The position numbers and the translations under genes were made by a program. A DNA stretch of 57,672 nucleotides from Candidatus Micrarchaeota archaeon. Its GTDB lineage: Archaea; Micrarchaeota; Micrarchaeia; Anstonellales; Bilamarchaeaceae. Positions 25,609-34,099 of the stretch are shown here, one piece after another. The notes beneath the pieces were generated by a model. That model did no database searches, was not told the origin of the DNA, and worked only from the letters and a program-made list of their open reading frames with translations. The stretch's first letter is position 1, and the number at the start of each line of letters is the position of its first letter. The stretch spans positions 1 through 57,672 of the forward strand of contig JAHJBM010000056.1 of assembly GCA_018813505.1 (NCBI GenBank), read 5' to 3'.

Positions 25609-26133
25609 TTATTCTTTTCCACTAGAAATATCTTCAAATTTTTGGTGTGCAGTAACTGCCTTTTCAATTACATTAGTGTAATCTCTTTTTAGCATTCTAT
25701 CTATCCACGTTGTCCTGTAGTTTCCGTATGCGATCTTCTCAACCAATGCGCGTATCTTTTGTGCTGTTTCATGTTCTGGTTTTTGTTTTATGATGTATGC
25801 TGCAATATTCAAAAAAAGCGTATATGTATGATGATCGCGCGTTGTGAAATATGCGTTCATCAAAGGTTCAAGTGCGTTAATTCCTTTATTCATTATGGCT
25901 ATTCCGGATGCTTTTATGTTCCTATCAGCATTCATTGGATCTTTCAATGCATTTACATTCGTTTCTCTACCTGTTAATGATTTCATTCCCTCTTTTATCT
26001 GATCAATGAAAACCATTAACATGCGTAGTTCGGTTTCTTCGCTAGTGTACTCCATTGGCGTCATCACAGTTCTCATTTTTTCGCCAATTTTTCTGTTTTC
26101 GTTCCATGCCCCTATTCTTCTCCGATTTTTCAC
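25609..26133 (-). CDS. hypothetical all-helical protein (174 aa)
   Basis: Only credible ORF in the interval. No recognisable motif. Confidence 0.4.
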   Translation of the reverse strand: MKNRRRIGAWNENRKIGEKMRTVMTPMEYTSEETELRMLMVFIDQIKEGMKSLTGRETNVNALKDPMNADRNIKASGIAIMNKGINALEPLMNAYFTTRDHHTYTLFLNIAAYIIKQKPEHETAQKIRALVEKIAYGNYRTTWIDRMLKRDYTNVIEKAVTAHQKFEDISSGKE

Positions 26134-26487
26134 TACTAATCACCATCAATTATATACACTTTTGAACACACTATCTTAAAAACAGAACTGATCTAGCTCT
26201 ATGCTGAAAGTTTTATCTCATCTCAAAATTTTTGCAATAAAATTCTGGTCTTTACTATTCTGCCAGAATCCCCTCTCATAACTACTAAAATTAGAAGTAT
26301 TTTGTTTATCCGTGGGATCCACAACTAGTCCATTCTTCTTGGGGGATGAATGAGCAAGCTTGACTGATCCCACTTTAGACATTATCACTACACAGAAAAG
26401 ATATAAATATCTATTTCTCTTCCTCTTAAAAACCGGTACATTTTAATACATATAGCACTCCAATTACCTAAATCAAGGGTTGGGGTT

Positions 26488-26883
26488 ATGGAAAAAACAC
26501 GTATCGTAACGGAAATATTCTTGGAAAAACCTAATTTTGAAGATGTAAGTCGGGTGGCAAGTTCGCTTGAGCAATCGGGTATAAAAGTTATAAAATTACC
26601 TATGGAAGATTTAGGGATAAATACTCATCTCGTTATAGAGAAATCTGACGTCGGAAAAGCAAATGTTATACTCAATAAAATCGGTGTGTCTGCACGTGAG
26701 CTTGACGTGGTAATTGCGAATCTGAAAAATGTTCCAGGTACCATGGCAGACACGGCAAAAAAAGTATCTGATAAAGGGGTGAATTTGAGATATGCCTTTT
26801 CGGTTTCAGTGACTTCTGACCTGTCATACGTGCTTTTATCTTCGGATAACAACAATGCAATAATCGAGGCACTTTCTTCATAG
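26488..26883 (+). CDS. ACT-domain-like small-molecule-binding protein
   Basis: Two beta-alpha-beta-beta-alpha-beta-sized halves. VVIANLKNVPGTMADTAKKVSDKGVNL resembles the ACT ligand-loop region. Confidence 0.45.
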   Translation: MEKTRIVTEIFLEKPNFEDVSRVASSLEQSGIKVIKLPMEDLGINTHLVIEKSDVGKANVILNKIGVSARELDVVIANLKNVPGTMADTAKKVSDKGVNLRYAFSVSVTSDLSYVLLSSDNNNAIIEALSS

Positions 26884-26923
26884 CATATTTCTATTTTTAT
26901 TCTCTTCCTTTTATTCATCTATT

Positions 26924-28189
26924 ATGACAGTTTCTTTAATTTTAGGTCTTCAGTGGGGAGACGAAGGAAAAGGCAAGATTGTTGATTTAATTGCAAAAGA
27001 TTATGATTACATTGTAAGGTTCAACGGTGGTAATAATGCTGGCCACACTATTGTAAACGGGAAAGAAGAATTCAAACTTCATTTGGTTCCTTCAGGCGTT
27101 TTTTATCCAGAAAAAATAAAGGTTATCGCCAATGGTGTTGTCATAGATCCTGGTGCACTTATCAAAGAACTTGATGAAATCGAAGCCCGTGGATATTCAA
27201 TGGAAAACCTTATCATAAGTTCAAATGCCCATTTGATTCTACAATGGCACAAAATTATGGATGGTGCGCTTGATGATTCTGGCAAGATAGGTACAACAAA
27301 AAAAGGTATTGGTCCTGCATACTCTGATAAGGCATCAAGAACTTTTGCACTTCGTGCATGTGATCTTCTTTTACCTGAAGTAGACCTAACAAAAAAGATC
27401 GAAGAATTGGCAACCTACAAAAAGCCATTGTTCGAGGCCTTTGATTTCCCTGTTTTCAATGTGTCTGATATTGTGGAAGAAACACTTGCATGTGCAAAAA
27501 GACTCAAACCACACATTCAAGACACCCAGTTCATTCTTAATAATGCAATTTCGAAAAATAAGAAAATAATGCTTGAGGGTGCAAATGGTGCGCTTTTGGA
27601 TATTGATCACGGTACATTTCCATATGTAACCTCATCCAGTGTATCTGCTGGTGGGGCGTGTACAGGTACTGGTATTCCACCGACAAAACTTGGTAATATA
27701 ATTGGCATTGTAAAGGCATACACTACAAGAGTTGGTTCAGGTCCATTTCCAACAGAGCTTAATGATGCGGATGGTGAAAAATTACGTGAAGTTGGTCATG
27801 AAGTTGGCACAACTACCGGAAGACCTAGGAGATGTGGTTGGCTTGATTTGGTTTTGCTCAAATACACCTGTATGATAAATGGAGCAACTGAAATCGCGCT
27901 AACAAAAATCGATGTGCTCGACGGCTTTGACGAAATAAAAATATGCACCTCCTATGAAATAGGTGGCAAGAAAGTTTCTGATTTTCCACTACAACCTGAA
28001 AAACTTGAAAAGGCAAAACCAGTTTATGAGAAACTTCCTGGATGGAAATCAGACATTTCCAATTGCAAAAAATTCGAGGATTTGCCTCCAAATGCCAAGA
28101 ACTACATAAAACATATTGAGAAATTCGTTGGTGTTCCTATAAAATTAGTTTCTGTTGGGCCAAAGCGAGATGAAACTATAATTCTTTGA
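26924..28189 (+). CDS. purA: adenylosuccinate synthetase
   Basis: GLQWGDEGKGKIVD P-loop, GGNNAGHT, TTKKGIGPAY, GTTTGRPRRCGW motifs. 421 aa. Confidence 0.95.
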   Translation: MTVSLILGLQWGDEGKGKIVDLIAKDYDYIVRFNGGNNAGHTIVNGKEEFKLHLVPSGVFYPEKIKVIANGVVIDPGALIKELDEIEARGYSMENLIISSNAHLILQWHKIMDGALDDSGKIGTTKKGIGPAYSDKASRTFALRACDLLLPEVDLTKKIEELATYKKPLFEAFDFPVFNVSDIVEETLACAKRLKPHIQDTQFILNNAISKNKKIMLEGANGALLDIDHGTFPYVTSSSVSAGGACTGTGIPPTKLGNIIGIVKAYTTRVGSGPFPTELNDADGEKLREVGHEVGTTTGRPRRCGWLDLVLLKYTCMINGATEIALTKIDVLDGFDEIKICTSYEIGGKKVSDFPLQPEKLEKAKPVYEKLPGWKSDISNCKKFEDLPPNAKNYIKHIEKFVGVPIKLVSVGPKRDETIIL

Positions 28190-28305
28190 AATTTTCAATT
28201 TCCCTCTCTTTTTTCTTATGTTTCTTGTTTTTATGCTAGTCGTGGTGATAAATGGTATTATAGGTATATTTAAAAACACTATTAACTATAATTCCTTTGA
28301 TATTT

Positions 28306-29871
28306 ATGGCAGATCCAAAAATTAAAGATAAATCTGGGCGTGCATTATGTGTGGTTGGTTTAGATGCCAATCAGTCAAGACCCCCCAAATCTGCTTTTGG
28401 AGGTAGATCACAACCCGAAGGAGATCTTGGTGAAGCAAGGACACAGTTATTCCAATCAAATGCGGCAAATGGGCAATCTCCTTTTGCACAACCGAATTCG
28501 TTACCTCCCCGTGTTCTTGATGGCAATAATGGTGATTATCAAAGCGCTTTGAATAATCCCCCAACAGTTATTTTCGGTACCTTCACTCGTGACTGGCATC
28601 CTTTGGAAACAGAGCCTATTCCTGCTGCTATGGCACAACCAACCTGGGTCCAGGGAAATGGTCTTCCACAGGGTGGCGCTTTAGCAACACAAACCGTATT
28701 AGTGCAACCTACTTCGGGAAATATTCCTTTAGAACCAACTCATGTTCAATTTGGTGGTGAGGCTCCATTATCACCAACTATGTTTGTACAAGATACTCCT
28801 GGATATGTTGGGGATGAATCAACAAGAGCTCGTACTCCAGAAGAACAAGGTGTGGCACTTGCACAATGTGCGGCAGCTGCAGCTGCTTTAAGAGACTCTG
28901 ATGCTCCCAAACCACCAAGACGTTCCATCGGACAAGTTGTTGATGATTTAGTTGCTAGTGTTAAGAGAGGTTTGTCATCTGTTGTAGCATCAATAAAAGC
29001 TATTGCTGTTGCCTGTTTGATGTGCATTCCAAGAATCAAACTTGAGTCAAGAAACCATGAACCACAATTACCAGAGCCAAAAGTTGAGCCTTTAATACCC
29101 CGCTCCAAAAAAACTCCAAGCCCGCTTCTTAAACGTCAAATATTTGAACCTGGCGATAATCCTGCCAGTCTTCTTCTTGCACCCAATGGGTTAAACGCAG
29201 GTGGTTCACCTATTGAGGATGAAGATTACGGAACAGATCCATTGCTTTTGGGTACTCATGAGCTATCTGATGAACCTTGCATGATATATCCGTCTGAAGA
29301 TGCAAATCGATTGTTCCTGGATCAAGAAGGTTTAGAACCTGATGGTCAGGATGTAGATCCTAGTTTCTCGAATCCGCCTGCCTTAAGATCTGACGATTTG
29401 GGTGAGGATGAAAGTGTAGATGAAGAAACAGCGACCCTGGTATTTGATGACTTATCTTCATTGCCATCTGGTTCAGGTTCCGATCTTGATGAAGCTGCAA
29501 CAGTTGCCTTTTCAGATAATGTACATGAATTCCGTGTTTTGTTTGATTGTGCTGCGGAATCCAGTAAAACTACTAATCGGGTTGGTGTGCAGTTGATCAA
29601 AGCAGTAAAAGGAAATGGTGGTACTGTAACATGTCAACTCAGTATTTATCCTGTTAAAACTAATGCCGGATATAATTATGGGGTCTATAATGCTGCCGAG
29701 GCACAATACAGGAACAGATCAGATGTACACGTTACCCCTCAAACAAATCCAGCAGATAAATCACAGTCTTATCTGGTAGTTGAAGGTACATACTCTGCTT
29801 TGCGTGACGGCAATAATAATGATGTCGTTGGCCAATTATTGAACAGAGTAAAAATTCGTTTTACTTTTTGA
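28306..29871 (+). CDS. orphan protein: long Pro/Gly/Gln/Asp-rich low-complexity region, one hydrophobic segment, ~130-aa beta-rich C-terminal domain
   Basis: ATG at 28306 (the track's TTG is at 28297), ~30 nt after TATATTTAAAAA. Hydrophobic segment VVASIKAIAVACLMCIP. G+C visibly elevated. Confidence 0.6.
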   Translation: MADPKIKDKSGRALCVVGLDANQSRPPKSAFGGRSQPEGDLGEARTQLFQSNAANGQSPFAQPNSLPPRVLDGNNGDYQSALNNPPTVIFGTFTRDWHPLETEPIPAAMAQPTWVQGNGLPQGGALATQTVLVQPTSGNIPLEPTHVQFGGEAPLSPTMFVQDTPGYVGDESTRARTPEEQGVALAQCAAAAAALRDSDAPKPPRRSIGQVVDDLVASVKRGLSSVVASIKAIAVACLMCIPRIKLESRNHEPQLPEPKVEPLIPRSKKTPSPLLKRQIFEPGDNPASLLLAPNGLNAGGSPIEDEDYGTDPLLLGTHELSDEPCMIYPSEDANRLFLDQEGLEPDGQDVDPSFSNPPALRSDDLGEDESVDEETATLVFDDLSSLPSGSGSDLDEAATVAFSDNVHEFRVLFDCAAESSKTTNRVGVQLIKAVKGNGGTVTCQLSIYPVKTNAGYNYGVYNAAEAQYRNRSDVHVTPQTNPADKSQSYLVVEGTYSALRDGNNNDVVGQLLNRVKIRFTF

Positions 29872-29924
29872 TTTTTTTATAAGATGATGATAAATTATTT
29901 AATTTGCATCCGCATATTATTCGT

Positions 29925-30533
29925 ATGAAAAAACGTAGATTTAATATTGATCTCAAAGCTCAAATGGAAAAACAAGCGAACGAAGCACAATGTAGGCAAT
30001 CTGCCCTTCAAAAACGCATCGAAAGATTTGGAGGACAAAAAAGATTATTGCTAGAAACAATTAGACCTATCGCAGATGAATATGCTGGAGAAACAAGGAC
30101 AGTTATTGTGGAAACTTCACGAACTGGATATAGTTCCGAACACTACCATTTATTCAAGTTCTTTCGGGCAAATCAGGAAACTCATCATGATCAATCTGGG
30201 GTGGCCAGATTCTTAGGGATAAAAACCACTGTGCTTTATATGGTTGGAGGAATTCATCTTCACTGGTCTACAGATAGTAATGGCATACCTGGAGATATTA
30301 ATGTAAAAGTTGAACGGGATCTTAATTATACAAAAATGCCTGGCCGTGTGATTTCAGCTACAAATGCAGAGGTAGAAGATCGCTATAGTCGTTGGCTTGA
30401 GGGCGCTAATTATACTGTTCAAAGCTGCAAGCTTGATCTCGAACAAGACCAACGTTTAGATGGAGACTGGTTGGTAAGAAGTTTGGAAGCAATGACTGAG
30501 GGCATACAATGGGCTAACGTTAATTTTAGTTGA
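29925..30533 (+). CDS. orphan protein (~202 aa)
   Basis: ORF directly after the previous orphan; ATG at 29925 (the track's TTG is at 29904). No recognisable motif. Confidence 0.5.
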   Translation: MKKRRFNIDLKAQMEKQANEAQCRQSALQKRIERFGGQKRLLLETIRPIADEYAGETRTVIVETSRTGYSSEHYHLFKFFRANQETHHDQSGVARFLGIKTTVLYMVGGIHLHWSTDSNGIPGDINVKVERDLNYTKMPGRVISATNAEVEDRYSRWLEGANYTVQSCKLDLEQDQRLDGDWLVRSLEAMTEGIQWANVNFS

Positions 30534-30670
30534 TTGCTTACACCTCTATGCTATCGGTGATTTTTCGATTGTATCATTTATAATCAAAAACAATTTTATT
30601 CAATTCAGTCAGCTTCACAACATCAACATTCTTGTTTAATAAGCAGTAGTTCCTCATGACGGCCAAGAAG

Positions 30671-30690
30671 CCCCGTCCTTTAGGGCGGGG
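30671..30690. terminator. GC-rich 8-bp hairpin between convergent genes
   Basis: CCCCGTCC-TTTA-GGGCGGGG (one G-U pair), 7 nt beyond the DHH-gene stop. No adjacent T-tract, so its role as a terminator is uncertain. Confidence 0.3.
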
Positions 30691-30696
30691 AGCATG

Positions 30697-31674
30697 TCAC
30701 TCATACTTTTTTTGCTTTTCCACATACCTAATAAAAATATCAATGCATTTTTGCAAAGCTTCATCAGTATGCACAGGCACTGCCAATCCTGCGGCTTTTG
30801 GGTGACCTCCACCGACTCCTCCCAATTCTCTTCCTACTTCTGCCATTACTGTATTCAAATGAATGTCAGTGCTTTTCATTGCCCTTGCGGATATCCGTGT
30901 TTCCTGCTCCCTGTCTTTCCATTTTGCTACAAATGCAACATCTGCGGCTTCTGTTATAAGTGATGCGACATCACTTTCATTGCTTTCTGTTTCTGTGGTT
31001 GCTATCACATGGCCTGCAGCATAAATATAATTCACTTTTTTCATTGCACTTAGCATGGCTATTTTTGCTTCTTGTTTTGGTTCTGGTTCTGCAAAAGACA
31101 GGAGTTCAGAATATTCTGCTTTTGATATTTTCATAAGCTTTGCAAGTGTTTCAAACGTGTTTGTCCTTGCAGATTTGAATCGTGCAGCATCTGCTATTAT
31201 TGCTATTGCAAGAGCGAATGCTGTTTCCTTACCAATATTACCATCGTCTAATATCCCGGTAATTATCTCTGCTGTAGATGGAGATTCGTGATCTATAATC
31301 TCAAATTCGCCGTGCATATCCTTTCCGTCTGACCTGTGATGGTCTATCATACAGAGTATTTCCCATCCTTTTGCTTCTGGCACTAAGGTATACGCACTCG
31401 TGTCAACAACAACAATTCCTTCAAAATCAGTTTTTTTTAAATTGCGGAGATCTTTGACTTTGATATCCAGCTTTTCACAAAGTAATCTCGCGCCTTCGCG
31501 CATTTCTTCTGATGTGCAAATTATGCTGTTTGGTAATATTTTATTCATGGCATAGGCAGATCCTATGGCATCAACATCTGCCCTGCTATGAGTTACTATG
31601 GCAATTTTGGCGCTGCCGTATTTTGCCAAGAATTTTTCAAATGTCTTTTTGAGCGTTTCCATTTCATTCTTCAT
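30697..31674 (-). CDS. DHH/DHHA1-family phosphoesterase (NrnA/RecJ-like)
   Basis: Motifs HSRADVDAIGS, VVVDTS, DHHRSDG and GGGHPKAAG. Confidence 0.85.
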   Translation of the reverse strand: MKNEMETLKKTFEKFLAKYGSAKIAIVTHSRADVDAIGSAYAMNKILPNSIICTSEEMREGARLLCEKLDIKVKDLRNLKKTDFEGIVVVDTSAYTLVPEAKGWEILCMIDHHRSDGKDMHGEFEIIDHESPSTAEIITGILDDGNIGKETAFALAIAIIADAARFKSARTNTFETLAKLMKISKAEYSELLSFAEPEPKQEAKIAMLSAMKKVNYIYAAGHVIATTETESNESDVASLITEAADVAFVAKWKDREQETRISARAMKSTDIHLNTVMAEVGRELGGVGGGHPKAAGLAVPVHTDEALQKCIDIFIRYVEKQKKYE

Positions 31675-32011
31675 GTGGTTTCAGTCTCTCTTGGAGTTTT
31701 TTCTGGCTATCCATAACTGTTGTGCGGAGTTTCTCCTCCTGTTTTGCAATAGCGTTTATTTTGACATCCAAAAGATCTCGTCTTTCCTTAAGCTCATGCT
31801 CTGCCTCTTCCTTTGTTGTGCTCATCACTATTGATCCAACTGATCTGTAAACAGCTCCGTTTGCTTTTTTCAGTTCATCAAGAGCATGTTTTACTTCATT
31901 CAATTGTATCTGAAGTTGATGTTTTTGTATCAATACAACTTCGAGTTGCTTTTCCATGTTCTCATATTCCATGAGATTTTTACTCAGATCGCTATCCATT
32001 TCTCTTTTCAT
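31664..32011 (-). CDS. pfdB: prefoldin subunit beta
   Basis: 115-aa coiled coil - beta hairpin (VYRSVGSIVMSTTKEE) - coiled coil. Conserved position in the exosome superoperon. Confidence 0.8.
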   Translation of the reverse strand: MKREMDSDLSKNLMEYENMEKQLEVVLIQKHQLQIQLNEVKHALDELKKANGAVYRSVGSIVMSTTKEEAEHELKERRDLLDVKINAIAKQEEKLRTTVMDSQKKLQERLKPHEE

Positions 32012-32012
32012 T

Positions 32013-32261
32013 TTATAACCCCGTATTTATCTCAATATTCTCAAAGATCTGCAGAGATCTTAAATAAGTGTTTGCAGTTGCCCTCATGGCAACAACATCA
32101 TCTGCGATTATCTCAATTACAATTGCATTTTCGTTTTTATCTATCTTTACTTTTGATCTACCATTGGCGTTTCCTTCATGCGAAAGTGCTTTAACAGCAG
32201 CATCTGCTTTTTTACTATCTGGAAATTCCATCTCTATCAGGCATTTCATGATAATATTCAA
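32013..32261 (-). CDS. pcc1: KEOPS complex subunit Pcc1-like
   Basis: 82 aa. Pattern A.AVKALSHEG....S.V.I....AIVIEIIADDVVAMRATANTYLRSLQ is typical of Pcc1. Adjacent to pfdB. Confidence 0.7.
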   Translation of the reverse strand: MNIIMKCLIEMEFPDSKKADAAVKALSHEGNANGRSKVKIDKNENAIVIEIIADDVVAMRATANTYLRSLQIFENIEINTGL

Positions 32262-32328
32262 CTGCGTTGTCTTTTATTCCTATTGTAAATAACATGTCTG
32301 CCAAGGATCAATACTGTTATTGCAATTA

Positions 32329-32604
32329 TTATTTGGTATTGGGATCTTTTTGTTTGGCACCATGTTCGGCCGGTTTTTTTATGCCGGATTCGTCTGTGAT
32401 CGGACCGTAGATTCGATGAAGTAGAACCGGTCTATTAGGTAACTGATTATTATAATGTCCTGGTGCAGTAGCCCAACATGGCAAGCGTTTCTCTTTTTTG
32501 CGATACATATATTCCGCGCAATTTGCTCTAGATTCCCATACCATGTCATTTACTCCTGCTTTTTTCACATGAAATTTTGGTTTTATCCCATCTCCATCCG
32601 CCAT
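32329..32604 (-). CDS. ORF of 91 aa overlapping the Brix ORF end; possibly the displaced C-terminal half of Brix
   Basis: Different frame, with a 59-nt overlap with the Brix N-terminal ORF and no Shine-Dalgarno sequence. The summed length of ~160 aa equals a normal archaeal Brix protein. Confidence 0.3.
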   Translation of the reverse strand: MADGDGIKPKFHVKKAGVNDMVWESRANCAEYMYRKKEKRLPCWATAPGHYNNQLPNRPVLLHRIYGPITDESGIKKPAEHGAKQKDPNTK

Positions 32605-32821
32605 TGCTGTTAATCAATATCTCAGAGATGGTTGAAGGGATTCCTTTTCTCTCTCTTATGATATAAATATGTTCATCGCCAGATGTCCTCGCAATCTCTA
32701 CCATTTCATTTATTGTTTTTTTGTTCCTGTTCAAAAAGCGTTCTTTTTTTCGTTCTGCCATCAGTTGTGCAAAGCGAATTGTTTCTTTTGACGCATATCT
32801 GCTTGTAGTATACATTCTCAA
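32546..32821 (-). CDS. Brix/Imp4-domain ribosome biogenesis protein, N-terminal part only
   Basis: MRMYTTSRYASKETIRFAQLMA...INR.KK....V.IA...G.EHIYIIRERKGIPS matches the archaeal Brix N-terminal pattern (ITTSR.PS..TR.F). The frame terminates at 91 aa. Confidence 0.6.
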   Translation of the reverse strand: MRMYTTSRYASKETIRFAQLMAERKKERFLNRNKKTINEMVEIARTSGDEHIYIIRERKGIPSTISEILINSNGGWRWDKTKISCEKSRSK

Positions 32822-32907
32822 GTTCCCTGTTTCCAGTATGCCTGTTTCCAGTTTTTGAAGGTGTTCAGGATCCCGGGCTCTTGGTTTTATGGATTCTATA
32901 CAATAGC

Positions 32908-33036
32908 TTACTCTGTTGAGACTTCTATAGCTATCGGCGGTCTTTTTTTGATCACTATCCTATTTCCGGTATTCGGGAAGGCAATGCTTGCATCTTTGGA
33001 TTTTGTTGAAGTTTCATTCTTATCATTATCTGTCAT
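32908..33036 (-). CDS. rpoP: 42-aa ORF resembling RNA polymerase subunit P (RpoP/Rpb12) but lacking all four zinc-ligand cysteines
   Basis: My own translation: MTDNDKNETSTKSKDASIAFPNTGNRIVIKKRPPIAIEVSTE. FPNTGNRIVIKKRPPI aligns with the RpoP core CP.CG.KIL.K.RP. It occupies the canonical slot between rpl37ae and brix. Confidence 0.4.
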   Translation of the reverse strand: MTDNDKNETSTKSKDASIAFPNTGNRIVIKKRPPIAIEVSTE

Positions 33037-33048
33037 TTACCTTCACCT

Positions 33049-33285
33049 CTATGCTTTTGTGGAATACTCCGTTATGTTCCGCTTTGCTAGCTGTCCTGTT
33101 TTGCTTTCAAAGCTGTAGGTTGCTCCTGCAAGCTTTGCACCGCATGATTTGCATACCCATACTGCATTGCTCTTTCTTTTCAATGCTAGTTTTCTGCATT
33201 TTGGGCATTCATGTCTGCGATCCTTTGATTCCATTGCTTTGTCTACTTGTTTTCTGATTGAGGCTCCATATCTAGAACTGCGCAT
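33049..33285 (-). CDS. rpl37ae: 50S ribosomal protein L37Ae (eL43)
   Basis: RYGASIRK...ECPKC....KR....W.C..CG.K.AG zinc-ribbon pattern. 78 aa. Confidence 0.92.
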   Translation of the reverse strand: MRSSRYGASIRKQVDKAMESKDRRHECPKCRKLALKRKSNAVWVCKSCGAKLAGATYSFESKTGQLAKRNITEYSTKA

Positions 33286-33286
33286 C

Positions 33287-34099
33287 TTATTCTACCTCTT
33301 TGAGTATTTTTCTTAGGTCATTTCCTCTTTTAAATGCAATATCAATGGCATCAAGAAGCTCTGTTTTTGATAGGGATCCTCTGCCTTTTTGCATTGCACA
33401 AACATGTTTTTCTGTTGTTCCTATCGTAAGCACGGTTTCTGCCACATTTTCTTCATCTCTCATAGGATCAACTAGCCAGTAGTTTTTATCTACCTTTATC
33501 ATAGATGTGGTCACTGGTCTGGATGTCATCTCAAGTGGACCTTCATATTCTCCACGAATTATCTTTACGTTTTCTACTCTTGGCATTTTTGTGTTAATGA
33601 GTGCCGCAGTACCTGCGAGGGTTGCAGCGTCAGTATAATTGCCAGAATGGTTTAGTACATAGAGATCAAGATAAATTCCAAGTACCTTTCCTTCTTCAAT
33701 AAAAAACGAATTCAGGTCTATACACTCTGCACTTCTTATTGCCCGATCAACCACCCTTGCTGCTTCTATGGACTTTTCGCCTGGTGGGCCCGGTTCAAAC
33801 GTTGGAGACGCCATTGGCAGTAGTTCTGCATTTGTTATCATAACTCCTTGTGTTGGTCTGTCCTGGAATGGAGTAACTACATCAAACTTTATTGCAGCAA
33901 GTACGGTTGTTTCTCCTATCTTGGCGATTGCAGATCCTTCTGCAGTTTTGATGACATTGGTCTGTATTTCTACAGTTCGGTATTCATCAAATGCTCTTCC
34001 ATCGTATCGTGTTCCTTTTACGAGTGTCTTTTCCATGACGTTTCTTCTTATATGCGCCATTATCGTGTCTTTTACTTCGTCTCCCATGAATATCACCAC
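33287..34099 (-). CDS. rrp42: exosome complex component Rrp42 (RNase PH-like, non-catalytic)
   Basis: RNase PH fold pattern (DGR..DEYR...I......A.GSA). Position after rrp41. Confidence 0.88.
   Translation of the reverse strand: MVIFMGDEVKDTIMAHIRRNVMEKTLVKGTRYDGRAFDEYRTVEIQTNVIKTAEGSAIAKIGETTVLAAIKFDVVTPFQDRPTQGVMITNAELLPMASPTFEPGPPGEKSIEAARVVDRAIRSAECIDLNSFFIEEGKVLGIYLDLYVLNHSGNYTDAATLAGTAALINTKMPRVENVKIIRGEYEGPLEMTSRPVTTSMIKVDKNYWLVDPMRDEENVAETVLTIGTTEKHVCAMQKGRGSLSKTELLDAIDIAFKRGNDLRKILKEVE

Noticed and set aside
25166-25610. Short copies of the tRNA ends: TGCCGAGGT at 25166-74 (5' end copy) and CGGCGATTTT at 25601-10 (3' end copy, preceded by GTTCT as in the tRNA)
   Set aside because: They are only 9-10 nt long. 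The first does not continue into a D-arm, so it is not a tRNA half or pseudogene. They are too short to support a split-tRNA or integration-scar interpretation without comparative data.
25085-26357. Direct 10-mer GAATGAGCAA at 25085-94 and 26348-57, bracketing the tRNA and the orphan gene 25609-26133, as possible att sites of an integrated element
   Set aside because: A 10-nt match within 1.3 kb is close to chance expectation. The repeats do not extend, and no integrase or other mobile-element gene is present.
26312-26373. Possible C/D-box or H/ACA-like sRNA in the 354-nt spacer: 8-bp closing stem GTGGGATC/GATCCCAC, internal GGGATGA and CTGA, and ACA 5 nt after the stem
   Set aside because: The box spacing is non-canonical. 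The C-like box is 24 nt from the 5' stem and only 14 nt from the D-like box, there are no C'/D' boxes, and the upper stem is only 4 bp. I cannot support an RNA-gene call by eye.
32855-33257. Plus-strand ORFs 32855-33118 and 32988-33257
   Set aside because: They are antisense to rpl37ae and to the RpoP-like ORF in the conserved superoperon slot. Their sequence is Phe/Leu/Ser/Cys-rich shadow-frame composition.
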